DNA of 63,629 nt, counting the filler, from Octopus bimaculoides (lineage: Eukaryota): assembly GCF_001194135.2 (NCBI RefSeq). It is 8 parts of 8 records of this genome, joined end to end, with 100 filler letters (N's around TTAATTAATTAA, not from the genome) between each part and the next. Parts side by side here need not be neighbours in the genome. Positions count along the whole stretch, not along the records: positions 20,586 to 31,074 come from NC_068991.1; positions 31,175 to 40,502 come from NC_068988.1; 6 more parts are not named here. One strand, given 5' to 3'. A program made the translations under genes and the position numbers. Each line of letters starts with the position of its first letter. Position 1 is the stretch's first letter. Positions 22,411 to 35,383 of the stretch are shown here, piece by piece. The notes under the pieces were generated by a model, which worked only from the letters and a program-made list of their open reading frames with translations, made no database searches and was not told where the DNA came from.

Positions 22411-24424
22411 NNNNNNNNNNNNNNNNNNNNNNNNNNNNNNNNNNNNNNNNNNNNNNNNNNNNNNNNNNNNNNNNNNNNNNNNNNNNNNNNNNNNNNNNNN
22501 NNNNNNNNNNNNNNNNNNNNNNNNNNNNNNNNNNNNNNNNNNNNNNNNNNNNNNNNNNNNNNNNNNNNNNNNNNNNNNNNNNNNNNNNNNNNNNNNNNNN
22601 NNNNNNNNNNNNNNNNNNNNNNNNNNNNNNNNNNNNNNNNNNNNNNNNNNNNNNNNNNNNNNNNNNNNNNNNNNNNNNNNNNNNNNNNNNNNNNNNNNNN
22701 NNNNNNNNNNNNNNNNNNNNNNNNNNNNNNNNNNNNNNNNNNNNNNNNNNNNNNNNNNNNNNNNNNNNNNNNNNNNNNNNNNNNNNNNNNNNNNNNNNNN
22801 NNNNNNNNNNNNNNNNNNNNNNNNNNNNNNNNNNNNNNNNNNNNNNNNNNNNNNNNNNNNNNNNNNNNNNNNNNNNNNNNNNNNNNNNNNNNNNNNNNNN
22901 NNNNNNNNNNNNNNNNNNNNNNNNNNNNNNNNNNNNNNNNNNNNNNNNNNNNNNNNNNNNNNNNNNNNNNNNNNNNNNNNNNNNNNNNNNNNNNNNNNNN
23001 NNNNNNNNNNNNNNNNNNNNNNNNNNNNNNNNNNNNNNNNNNNNNNNNNNNNNNNNNNNNNNNNNNNNNNNNNNNNNNNNNNNNNNNNNNNNNNNNNNNN
23101 NNNNNNNNNNNNNNNNNNNNNNNNNNNNNNNNNNNNNNNNNNNNNNNNNNNNNNNNNNNNNNNNNNNNNNNNNNNNNNNNNNNNNNNNNNNNNNNNNNNN
23201 NNNNNNNNNNNNNNNNNNNNNNNNNNNNNNNNNNNNNNNNNNNNNNNNNNNNNNNNNNNNNNNNNNNNNNNNNNNNNNNNNNNNNNNNNNNNNNNNNNNN
23301 NNNNNNNNNNNNATATATATATATATATATATATATAACCTGATATCATTTAATGTTCATTTATCGTATTGTCATTGTTGCTATTGTTATTAGTGTTGTT
23401 ATTAGCTAGGTTTGAATTTCTTCTTCGAAATCATTATTATTATCGTTGTCATCATCATTAGCATGGTCATCATTAGTAGCATCGTCATCAAGATCATCGG
23501 CATACCCATCATCATCATCATTATCATTGTCGTCGTCATCATCCTTACTACTATTATAATCATTGTTGTTGTTGTATTAGTCTTTCTATCATTATATTGT
23601 GTTGGATCGTTAAACTTGTTTGAGCGTCGGAAAAATGCTTTACGGTATTTCTTCTGTGTCTTTACTGCCCGTGTTCTGATCCCGCTGCGATGAACTCTGC
23701 ATATCCTTTCGCGGTTGATAAAGGCTCAGTCAAGCAGTGAGATGGAAGTAACTCTTTAAAAGCGTACCACAAGATTCTATGTCATGTGCCAAAATTTGAA
23801 ACGTAATAAATTCCCTTTTCCCTTACCACACAACTACTTTTCAAATTATTGTGTATTTTCCCTAGTATTTATTTTAATATTCTTTTCTAATCCCGATTAT
23901 TACCGCTCTATGGCAAATATGCCAGTCACCAGTTTTCTTCCTGGCATACAAACTAAGCTGTCACGCCGCATCGGGAACCTGAAGACCAAAAATAGCTCCA
24001 TAGCATCAAGTGGACCATCGCTTAGCGATTTACGTCATACATTAATCAATTAAGGAGATGCAGGCTTTATATAGCTGCAAGAATTCATCGCTTTTTTTAT
24101 CTAAGAACTTCACCGACCTTCCGATCTCGAGATCAAATATTTTCACAAGATGCACGCATCATGACAAATTTCTGCTATCGAATTGGAAATCACACCCCTG
24201 CCTAGTTTAAGCATACAGTCTTTTAAAAGTAAACCTTTTCCAGTCGGATTACCCCAAAAGGGTGTCGTTATCTACCTGCAGCTGAAAAGGAACCTAAAAT
24301 AAGTACCGAAAGTATTGCACACGTGACCAAGATTTACCCACGTGTGATGCTTAGATCTACTTATAAGTTTTTTTTTATTCACTGCACTGTAGCCATAATA
24401 GTTTACTGTCGTGAAGATTCTTAG

Positions 24425-24730
24425 TCAAATAAATCGAGCCCAGTACTTATATCTTTTCTAAAGTCTCTCGGTCTCTTTACCCAGAACCGCAAATTTACAG
24501 GGACGAAAACAAACTGATAACGGTTGTGTGGTGGGGTGACAAACACAGACACTGAGACATATGTCGACAAACGTATACAAGACGGACTTCCAAGCAATTT
24601 TCGTCTAGCAACTTCATTCACAAGGCATTGCTCGGCCCTGCGCTTATAACAGAAAACACTTGCTTAAACTGCACGCAGTGGTGTTGAACACAAAACACAC
24701 ACTGTTGCAAATCGAAATTCCTAACCACGT
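24425..24730 (-). mobile_element. SINE family A, diverged
   Basis: Both modules are recognisable (CAGTACTTAT...GAACCGC...GGTTGT...GACAAAC; GACGGACTTC...CACAAGGC...ACACTTGC). Confidence 0.65.
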
Positions 24731-24957
24731 CATAACCACGGTGATATAATTTCGAGATGGCCACGATTTTTCATATCTTTTGAAAATACTGATGCACACA
24801 CGTACACACACACACACGCACACACACACACACACATACACACACACAGCACACATACTACCACCTCACACACTTATAAGTATGTATGCATGTGCAGTTA
24901 AACATATAAATTTATAGATATATTGACAAACGGCTAGATGGACAGAAAGGGAGAGAG

Positions 24958-25024
<67 letters not shown>

Positions 25025-25419
25025 AAGAATGAGAGAGTGAATAAGAGAGAGAATGAGAGAGATATGTATTTGATTGGTAAATAGATTATTAGACAGAGAT
25101 AAACACGTATAATATACAAATGATTGCTATTGATACTTTATCGGAAACATGAAAATATATGTATGCCTATGTGTACGTATGTTTGTAAGCATGTACGTAT
25201 TTCTGTCTGTATATATGTAAGTGTACATATTTGTATATATGTATGTATGTATATATGTATGCATGTATGTATGTATGCATGTATGTATGTATAAATGTAT
25301 GTATGTATATAGGTATGCATGTATATATGTGTGTTTATATATATATATATGTATATATATTTGTATGTATGTATGTATGTATGTATGTATCTATCTATCT
25401 ATCTGTCCATCTAGCCATA

Positions 25420-25467
25420 TGTTTGCCTGCTGTGAAGGCGGCCCGGTTTTGATTCCTGGTCGATGAA
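25420..25467 (+). pseudogene. Degenerate 3' two-thirds of a tRNA-Gly(GCC)-like sequence
   Basis: TGTTTGCCTGCTGTGAAGGCGGCCCGGTTTTGATTCCTGGTCGATGAA aligns by eye without gaps to the recalled metazoan tRNA-Gly(GCC) 3' part, 36 of 48 identical, mostly C>T. The D-arm and 5' end are missing. Confidence 0.5.
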
Positions 25468-25904
25468 CAGGTTATTTTTCACTGGCAAAATCCCAGCATG
25501 GCCACAGCCTTAGGGCTGAAACGCATAAAAGAATAAAAGTATGTATATATATAAAAGTATATATATATATATATNNNNNNNNNNNNNNNNNNNNNNNNNN
25601 NNNNNNNNNNNNNNNNNNNNNNNNNNNNNNNNNNNNNNNNNNNNNNNNNNNNNNNNNNNNNNNNNNNNNNNNNNNNNNNNNNNNNNNNNNNNNNNNNNNN
25701 NNNNNNNNNNNNNNNNNNNNNNNNNNNNNNNNNNNNNNNNNNNNNNNNNNNNNNNNNNNNNNNNNNNNNNNNNNNNNNNNNNNNNNNNNNNNNNNNNNNN
25801 NNNNNNNNNNNNNNNNNNNNNNNNNNNNNNNNNNNNNNNNNNNNNNNNNNNNNNNNNNNNNNNNNNNNNNNNNNNNNNNNNNNNNNNNNNNTGTATATGT
25901 TTGT

Positions 25905-26098
25905 GTGTCTGTGTTCCTCCCACACATCGCTTGACAACCGATGTTGGTGCGTTTACTTAGCAGTTCGGCAAAAGAAACCGACAGAATAAGTACTAGGCTT
26001 ACAAAGAATAAGTCCTGGGGTCGATTTGTTCGGCTAAAGGCGGTGCTCCAGCATGGCCGCAGTCAAATGACTGAAACAAGTACAGCAGTAAAAGAGAA
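25905..26098 (+). mobile_element. SINE family A right module, CpG-intact
   Basis: CATCGCTTGACAACCGATGTTGGTG...GGCGGTGCTCCAGCATGGCCGCAGTCAAATGACTGAAACAAG. Confidence 0.9.
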
Positions 26099-26193
26099 TA
26101 TATATATATATGTATGTTTGTATATGTACATACATATATACACACGCATATTTATGCATACGTTCATACATTCATGCATGCATACATCCATTT

Positions 26194-26880
26194 GATCTAC
26201 TGATGAGACACGATGTGGCTAGGACACTGTATAATGAGATTCGTCGGAAGTACATACCCGAGGCCAAAGAAATAAGAACCCACCGTATGGTAGAAACCAT
26301 AGCCACTCATAATAAAAAGGCGTACTGGTGGAATGTCCCAGTGAAGACCTCAATAAAATGTAAGCAGACCTGATATAATGATTTGGGATTAGGAAGAGAA
26401 ACTGTGTACAGTTGTGGAAATTAGCTTCCCAGTGTATGTTAACCTGAAGCTAAAAATCAGCGATAAAGAAAATACCTACGCTGAACTATTGAGAAATCTG
26501 CAGCTACTCTATCCAGATTACAACTTCAAGTTTATACATGTAATTATTGAGACCCTTGGATATGTAACACACTGCCTAAATACCAATGTAGGGAAATTAA
26601 GCTTCTCAAAACCAGAAAGGAGGAAGATGGTTCGAAGACTACATCCCCAAGCCGTTACTGGAACTGTAAAAACCTGTAAAACTTACCAAACGTTTATCAT
26701 TTAAGTATATATCAGCATGTCTAGCTGCTTGAGATGTCATTCATAAAACAAAACATGGATATCTGCACACATACATACTCACTGATACTGTAGAAATCTC
26801 AATGAAGTAATCTTGGATCTAGGTTAGAAACCGGCTCTTTCTTTATTGGTAAGAAACCTTGAAATAAAACTGAATAATGA
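26194..26880 (+). mobile_element. 5'-truncated RLE-type non-LTR retrotransposon (restriction-like endonuclease domain, pseudogenised)
   Basis: LMRHDVARTLY...WWNVPVKTSIKCK / RPDIMIWD*EEKLCTVVEIS.P..VN...KISDKENTYAEL, i.e. RHD plus a PD-(D/E)xK-type region. Frameshift near 26366, premature TAG at 26390, ORF end at 26704, then a UTR. Confidence 0.85.
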
Positions 26881-27859
26881 GATACATACAGCAATACAAA
26901 CACTACACATGCACAATAAATTATACTTATGTGTGCGATCTATTGGTAATTTCTGCTCGATAGAATGCAACTGAAATCGATCGCGGTGAAAATGGCAATC
27001 ATTATTAATACGTCACATTAAGTGGAATGTTGACAAAACTAAAGTTTTGCAACAGGATGTGCTTCGGAATAAATTTTAGAAGTCGCACATTTTTATGTAT
27101 TTTACTTGACATTCGTTGACGTCAACATCATTATAAACACTCTCACACGACCACATATAGGTACATATACAAATGTAGAAATAGCGTTAGTTGTATACTC
27201 ACTCATGCAGACAAACACTTCCTCTACCAGATTCATATGGTATGTTTACACATTAAAATCTACATGCATTGCATGGGAGGTCGTATATATCTACATACAA
27301 CGTATACACACATAAAATTACACACACACGCACATGCACACAAACACATACGTATATTTCTTTTCCGTATAGTTTACTGCTTTCATCTCGTATAGAGATT
27401 TTCTAACTGGCCAATTTGTTTTATATACATGTATGTATATNNNNNNNNNNNNNNNNNNNNNNNNNNNNNNNNNNNNNNNNNNNNNNNNNNNNNNNNNNNN
27501 NNNNNNNNNNNNNNNNNNNNNNNNNNNNNNNNNNNNNNNNNNNNNNNNNNNNNNNNNNNNNNNNNNNNNNNNNNNNNNNNNNNNNNNNNNTATATATATA
27601 GAAAGATTTATACATATATAGATATTCATATACATTTATTTTTGGATACATGTATATATGTATATATATATATGTTTATGAATAAATATATATGTATATG
27701 TATATACATACATACATGCATGCATACATACATATATCTTTATATATTGAATCCTGATCGCTTGCTTGTTTTTGAATTGTAGAAGAAAAAATTTATATAC
27801 ATACATACATACAAACATACATACATACATACATACATACATACATACACACACATACA

Positions 27860-27895
<36 letters not shown>

Positions 27896-28180
27896 TCGAT
27901 GGTTTAATATTAATGTCTGTACACGTAGTTACACGACGATAGTTGTCACTACATGTAGATATAGGAAAATACACACAACTATATTTATGCCAATTCAGTG
28001 AAGCCACCGGCCATATTTTTTCAAGGCAACCGATGTCATATTTACATAGGAACATGAATATATCTGATCGCTCACTCTTACCTTCATCAGGCCAGACTTC
28101 CATTATTGTCTACTTGTGTGTCTCAATACTATTTTCCATCCATTATTCAGATATATATTTACACACACATGTATGTAGAT

Positions 28181-28211
<31 letters not shown>

Positions 28212-28306
28212 NNNNNNNNNNNNNNNNNNNNNNNNNNNNNNNNNNNNNNNNNNNNNNNNNNNNNNNNNNNNNNNNNNNNNNNNNNNNNNNNNNNNNNNNN
28301 NNNNNN

Positions 28307-28373
<67 letters not shown>

Positions 28374-28703
28374 CGTACGTCCATTCAGCAGCAATATTCA
28401 AAGAACCCGATTTATACATTCATATTTAAATTGATATATCGTATATTTGGTCGTAGAAACATGAATATTCATACACACGTACGCGTGCATACACATATAC
28501 ATTCTTTATATACATAAATGAAAACATCTATGTATTATGTATAAATACAATCAAGCATGTATACATCAGTTTAAAGAATCATTGCTTGATGAATAACGTA
28601 TAATAAAATGTTTAAAGATCTATAATATATTCCTGTTTATTTAAAGACCAATACACATACTTATATACAGAAACGTAAATTATTAAATTAACACACACAC
28701 ACA

Positions 28704-28748
<45 letters not shown>

Positions 28749-28832
28749 TCTCTCACCCCCCCGCGCGCGTGTAAGAATTTGCACCCTGCTCGCCTGAAAA
28801 CGTATATGTATACAGCTACTGTTGGATATTAT

Positions 28833-29166
28833 TTATTTCCCTATTGCCCACAGGGGGCTAAACATAGAGAGGACAAACAAGGACAGACAAAGGGATTAAG
28901 TCGATGACATAGACCCCAGTGCGTAACTGGTGCTTATTTAACCGACCCCGAAATGATAAAATGCAAAGTCGTCCTCGGCGGAATTTGAACTCAGAACGTA
29001 ACGGCAGACGAAATACCGTTAAGCATTACGCCCAGCGTGTTAAAGATTGAGCCAACTCACCGCCATTATTTTTGATAATATTCTTTCTACTCTAGGCACA
29101 ATGCCTGAAATTTGGTGGGGAGGGTGCCAGCCGATTAGATCGATCCCTGTACGCAACTGGTACTTA
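28833..29166 (-). mobile_element. SINE family B: one full copy (28833-29062) and one 3' half (29079-29166) with different tails
   Basis: Shared head and central domain. Tail 1 is ...GGACAAACAAGGACAGACAAA...; tail 2 is ...CTCTAGGCACAA... Confidence 0.85.
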
Positions 29167-29537
29167 GATAATATTATTGCAATAATGTAGCATTCAGTAA
29201 TTAATCCTTCATAATGATGCACTGAAACAATTGTTGTAATTCGTATTAAAGCCCGTGCATCGTATTTTCTTGTATTACAATTCTTTTGTATAGACTCTAT
29301 GATTACTCGCGGATTTCTACAATTATATCCAGTAAAAGAACAAGTCCTATTCCTACTTCCTTAAAGCATCTGGTAGCCGATATCGGAAGGTGATTTTTGA
29401 AAATCACGCTATAAGATTACTACTAAGATTATTTTATATACTGCGATAGTTACAGACATAGAACACCTCATATAGACTTGTGGTACGGCGGTGAAGGCGG
29501 TTGATTATCTACCGCTAGCGATGTAAACATGAGGGCT

Positions 29538-29611
<74 letters not shown>

Positions 29612-29632
29612 CACACACACGCACACATATGC

Positions 29633-29793
29633 ATGACGGTCTTTCAGTTTCCGTCTACCAAATACACTCAGAAAACGTTGGTTGGTTTGAAGCTTTTGAA
29701 GAAGACACTTGCCCAAGGTGCTACACAGAGGGACTTAAATTGGTATTATGTGGTTGGGAAGCAAATTTCTTATGATACAGCCACGCTTGTGCC
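29633..29793 (-). mobile_element. SINE family A left module
   Basis: TTTCAGTTTCCGTCTACCAAAT...GAAGACACTTGCCCAAGGTG...GTGGTTGGGAAGCAA. Confidence 0.85.
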
Positions 29794-29795
29794 TG

Positions 29796-29831
<36 letters not shown>

Positions 29832-30542
29832 CGTGTGTGTGTGTGTGTTTGTGTATACTTAATCATACTATGATTGTATGTATGAGGGTGTGGTTGTACA
29901 TCTTATATTTGTGTGCTAATAAGATTGTATGCACACATGTACGTACATATGTATGTATGTATGCATGCATGCATTATGTATTTGTACATGTACTTTTGTA
30001 TGTAAATGTGTACGTAAGCATATTTTGCTGCTTGTTTATATATTCAAAATAAGTTTTACTATTTAAAAAAAAAAAATTCATTAAAATAATATTTATCAGC
30101 AAATGGCAGCGGAACTTGTTTGAGTATTAGTAAATATTCTGGCATTGAATTACAATATTTCTTGCCAACAATATATGAATAATAACAACAACGATGACAA
30201 CAGCCACAGCAACCACAACAACAGATATCTTCCACCACCATAATCTCGACTAATAACAAAAATACATTAATCATTACCATGAATAACAACAACAACAACG
30301 ACAATATTTAAAACTACAGCAAAAACAAAAACGACGTTTGCAAATGTTGTATTAACAATCAGAAACTACAAATAAAAAGTAAAGATATAATCTCATCCAT
30401 AAGAAGGCAAATCTCCCACAATAAACACCACCAGCCGTTATCATTACCAACTCCGCCGTCGAAATCGGCATTAACTTCCTAACGTCTGAAATTAGCCAAT
30501 GACGTATTCGATAATTTACTTAAGTTCTACATATACCTGTAG

Positions 30543-30890
30543 TGTGAAACGGTGGTTTACGTTTAGGGTATTCGGTTCATGATCGCAAGGTCATGAGTTC
30601 GATTCCCTGTGGTGCAATATGTTGCAAAATTGAGTCGAACCGCCAGCCTTGTCACATTCCGTGTCACGTTGAATTTCTCTCAGAACTATGTTACAGATGC
30701 GTAGTATTTCTGTTTGAAAGGGCCAGCCTTGTCACATTCCGTGTCACGCTGAATCTCTCTCAGAACTATGTTATGGGTGAGGTGTGTCTGTGGAGTGCTC
30801 AACTACATGCACTTTAATTTCACGAACAGACTGTTTCGTTGATCGGATCAACTGGAACCCGTCGTCTCGTAAGCGAAAGAGAGCCAGTTT
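30543..30890 (+). mobile_element. tRNA-headed SINE with an internal ~50-bp duplication
   Basis: B box GAGTTCGATTCC. CCAGCCTTGTCACATTCCGTGTCACG...AGAACTATGTTA occurs twice. The 3' body is shared with 45140-45310. Confidence 0.8.
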
Positions 30891-31003
30891 TTTCTGTATT
30901 CCTATGGTCATCTGTAATCGTTTTGATTATAGATTAACATGATCATGGTTGACCTAATGATAAACGGTAATAATAGCAACAACAACAGCTATGATAGAAT
31001 GTG

Positions 31004-31074
<71 letters not shown>

Positions 31075-31174
31075 NNNNNNNNNNNNNNNNNNNNNNNNNN
31101 NNNNNNNNNNNNNNNNNNTTAATTAATTAANNNNNNNNNNNNNNNNNNNNNNNNNNNNNNNNNNNNNNNNNNNN
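31075..31174. other. Scaffolding join marker
   Basis: 44 N + TTAATTAATTAA + 44 N. Confidence 0.95.
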
Positions 31175-31403
31175 CGATGAGAAGGATAATTCTTGGCAAA
31201 TCTTATGTATCTTTTTCCAGTGAAATTATTCACTGATATCGAAAAAGTGAAAACAAGCAATGTTAATTCTCTAAATGAGGTATTAACAGTAACTGCACGA
31301 TAAAGTGAGGTATATTGCCACTTAATTGTGGCTGACCCCTAGGGGTGGATGTTACTGTTGCTTTTAGCCCCAGGAGGACATCTCCTCCAGCTGGCTTATC
31401 GAC

Positions 31404-31461
31404 GAAGTCAATGTAGGTGAAGTCAATGTAGGTGAAGTCAATGTAGGTGAAGTCAATGTAG
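31404..31461. repeat. 15-bp perfect tandem repeat (GAAGTCAATGTAGGT) x3.8
   Basis: Read directly; gives YIDFT repeats in a minus-strand ORF. Confidence 0.95.
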
Positions 31462-32501
31462 CCGCTGCAATTCAACATTTTATGTGTTTCTTTGAACGAT
31501 ACCTTGGAATTGTCTCCTGATAATGATTTTATAGTCTGTAGGAATTTCAGATATATCTCCGACAATAAATCTATTAAGTGGTCTTTATTTTCAGAGGATA
31601 TTTATATATACCTTATTGCATTATAATATATCGTTTTACAACATATATTATTACACATACTGTCAAACATATTACAGAATAAAATTATCTGAATATAGAG
31701 GTTTTAAGTTATATCATTAAATGCATTGATATAATATTTACATGGAATCAATGACATTACCCAAATCTATTTGTAGATTAATCGCACGAATGAAAAAAAA
31801 AAAATAATAAACACGCCGGAAGTTAAAGACTAATAACTTCAAACAAAACTAGAAATCTGGTCACGTATTGGCTCATCTGCTACTCGTGATAATACGAGAT
31901 TGAACCAACAAATTATTAAACACCCATTCATGTATAGCAACTCAATTGTATTAGCGAGAACATTTCTACTATTTACTTCCGTACCATTGTGATTAAACCA
32001 ACCTAAGACACAGTGGGAGGTTTAGCGATCAGGTTCACTACGAGTATAATTAATGTGAGCAAACACTTGTTTGAAAAGAGCATTTTTAAAACTATTTATT
32101 ACTACTTCTGTCCAAATCTCCTCAAATCGTAATTTTGTGTTACATAACAATTAAGTCCACCTTTAATGAAATTATATCATTCAGCTTATGCAAACATGAC
32201 CGCATATAACAATTAGAAAAATTTCACTTGGGTAAATGCTTGCCGAATTTCGCACTAATTAATGGCTTGTGTCTGTTAATGATGGTTTGCTACAGTATAA
32301 TGAAGGCTTCTCATCCAAATCACAATGATGTCCATTTAGTATTTCATTTATTAAACCATAATGTAAATAAGTCGTGTAGACGCTGACCAGCAAAACTCGT
32401 AAACTGGACATCTATCCCTTTACTTACATTGAAGTGGAATTGGGACGAGGCATATTCAATATAGTTCTGCAGATCGTTTCTCTGCATCATCTATGTATTA
32501 G

Positions 32502-33052
32502 TTTCTCTTTTATTCTTTTACTTGTTTCACTCATTTGACTGCGGCCATGCTGGAGCACCGCCTTTAGTCGAGAAAATCGACCCCAGGACTTATTCTTTAA
32601 AAGCCTAGTACTTATTCTATCAGTCTNNNNNNNNNNNNNNNNNNNNNNNNNNNNNNNNNNNNNNNNNNNNNNNNNNNNNNNNNNNNNNNNNNNNNNNNNN
32701 NNNNNNNNNNNNNNNNNNNNNNNNNNNNNNNNNNNNNNNNNNNNNNNNNNNNNNNNNNNNNNNNNNNNNNNNNNNNNNNNNNNNNNNNNNNNNNNNNNNN
32801 NNNNNNNNNNNNNNNNNNNNNNNNNNNNNNNNNNNNNNNNNNNNNNNNNNNNNNNNNNNNNNNNNNNNNNNNNNNNNNNNNNNNNNNNTACGACGGGCTT
32901 CTTTCAGTTTCCGTTTACCAAATCCACTCACAAGGCTTTGGTCTGCCCGAAGCTATCGTAGAAGACACTTGCCCAAGGTGCCACACAGTGGGACTGAACC
33001 CAGAACCATGTGGTTGGTAAGCAAGTTATTTACTACACAGCCACTGCGCGCC
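32502..33052 (-). mobile_element. SINE family A, full-length across an N gap
   Basis: Right module 32502-32626, gap 32627-32888 (covering the internal microsatellite and part of the right module), left module and head 32889-33052. Confidence 0.85.
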
Positions 33053-33174
33053 TATCTACACTTGTCAAGTTTTACCTCAATTATATGTGTACACATATGT
33101 GCCTCAATATATATGGCATCAATATATATGACTGTGTATCGGTAGTGTTACTGTTGATGGCACTACTGCTGCTG

Positions 33175-33259
<85 letters not shown>

Positions 33260-33929
33260 CACCACCACCGCTAGTAATAGTAGTAGTAATAGTAATAGTA
33301 GTAGTAGCAACAATGAATGATAATAACAGTATTAATAATGGCAACAACAAAAATAATAATAACAATGACAACAGTTAGAATAGTATGGATCACGCCATTA
33401 ATGATGCCAATAATGCTAGATATACTTTCTCTAAAGAGATAGAAACACCTCTTCTCTATAATCAAAACATAACAATGGCGCATATGGCACAGTGTATATC
33501 AAGTATGTGAAGAGTGTATCAAATGAACTTAACTTAATCCTAGACTTTCTAATTATACCGAGGAGAAAGATTTCTAAGCCAGACACCTCGAATTGTAACT
33601 TCAATAACAAACAATAATTGCCATTTACAAGCTTACTGCGAAAGGTTTCACGTAGTCCTAAATAAACTCTACGAATCCACCAAGGAGCTACTTTTAGTTT
33701 TAAGCAAAGATACTCAGTACATTTAAATTCATTTAATTACGAAAATCATAATAAATCTAGTTTGCTGGCAAAACATGTACGCTACCTTAGGAAAAGCTAT
33801 ACCACATGGCATAGCATGGTCTATTATTGACTCGGGGCCAAAATCCTCCGTGCTGGTTATATTTGAAAGAAGCCATAGAAATACTGTCGAATAACAAGGC
33901 ACAATTATCAAATAAGCAGCACGAAGTTT

Positions 33930-34480
33930 TCTCCTCTAGTAAAATTTTGGATTTGACCACAAATACAAATGTAGTAAGACTACAACCTCTAATAGCTATT
34001 GCACACTTTATTTTCACTGATATGTAGTGCAGATATGATATAGGCTCACTTCGTTAAATTAGTATATTTACCTTATCATCATATTCTTCTATGTTGTTCG
34101 ATTCTATAAATGCCTACTTTATCTTTTTCCTTTAATTCATGTTCCTATACTTGATCTGCTTTATGATTTATGTAATACTTATCAGGTGCAGCACAATTGC
34201 TAAACCAGCATCGCGAACCGTTTTTCTCTTATGTTCATAAATACACCAAGGCTTCTAGCTTTCACCACAAATCCAAATTCAGTAACGCAGCTAACTCTGT
34301 ATAGCTATCAAACGTTTTATTTCCACTAATATGTAGTTCAGACATGATATAAGCTCACTTAATTAAATTAATATATTTACGTTATCGTCAGATTCCTTTC
34401 TATATTTTTGCACGTCTCTATTCTTCTTCGTTAATTCATAGTTCTACACTTCATCTAGATTATAATTTATATAATACTTA
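33930..34480. repeat. Old ~310-bp tandem duplication
   Basis: ATATGTAGT(G/T)CAGA(T/C)ATGATATA(G/A)GCTCACTT at about 34020 and 34329, with colinear flanks ending ...TAATACTTAT. Confidence 0.75.
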
Positions 34481-35383
34481 TTTTAATTAAATACTATTTA
34501 AATTAAATTTATATACTTAACTTGAAAGATTTCTTTATTTACTGAACATATTTATTTATTTTAATCCATCATTAATCACGGTATCTCTCAATCATTACTA
34601 CTTTATTTATTTCATAGTTATAAGCACGCACTTTCAGTAATATTTCAATATTTTAAAATTTTATAGCTAACACCATTATAACCAGTTTATGTTTAATTCT
34701 TACCCAATCGCTTGCCATATCAGATTTACCTTGCTGACAGGCTTTCCTCCGATGGCTTCATTTATCTTTTTACAAACCTATCCAATGACCCTACTCCACA
34801 CTGGTCTTCGACAATACAATTGGGTTCTTGCCTTCCTAAATCTGGCATTTTTATTCCTTTAAATAAACCTGGCAACTCCTATTTACTCAAATATTCCCTA
34901 TTCCTTTATATGTATGTATGATGAGTATGCGAGTATGCGCGTATATATAAAGTACTTACTCTATCGGTTCCTTTTACGGGGTCTTAAACACACCAATACT
35001 GGTTGGCAAATGATGGTGGGGGACAAACAGAGGCACTGATGCACACACGTAAATATATATATATATTTAAAACACACCTTTAACTCGCATAAGTAATTTA
35101 TATCAGTCTGTATAGTTTGAACATTTAGTTCACCTTGCACTTAACTTCAATAGAGAAATCTACTTCCGAGACTTTGAACATTTTTTTTCAAACAACATAT
35201 CCCTCTATATTTCTACTTTATTTGTTCTCTGTTTATTATTTCTTTACCCCTTCTCTTCCTATGGTCTACCTTGGACGTCAGATGTACTAACGGTTGTTTA
35301 AAAATACTTAATAGTGTTTTGTTTATCATTTATGGAGTCATCAAAATTGTTATAATGTCTTGTTGTTGAGATGGGTTTTCTTT

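Noticed and set aside
27990-28110. Strong minus-strand donor GAAG|GTAAGA after MEVWPDE
   Set aside because: There is no good acceptor or recognisable protein, it lies in a different assembly block from the protocadherin, and isolated donor matches are common.
31404-31461. 15-bp direct repeats as a CRISPR-like array or YIDFT repeat protein
   Set aside because: There are no spacers, the context is eukaryotic, and the ORF overlaps a dispersed repeat; it is a simple minisatellite.
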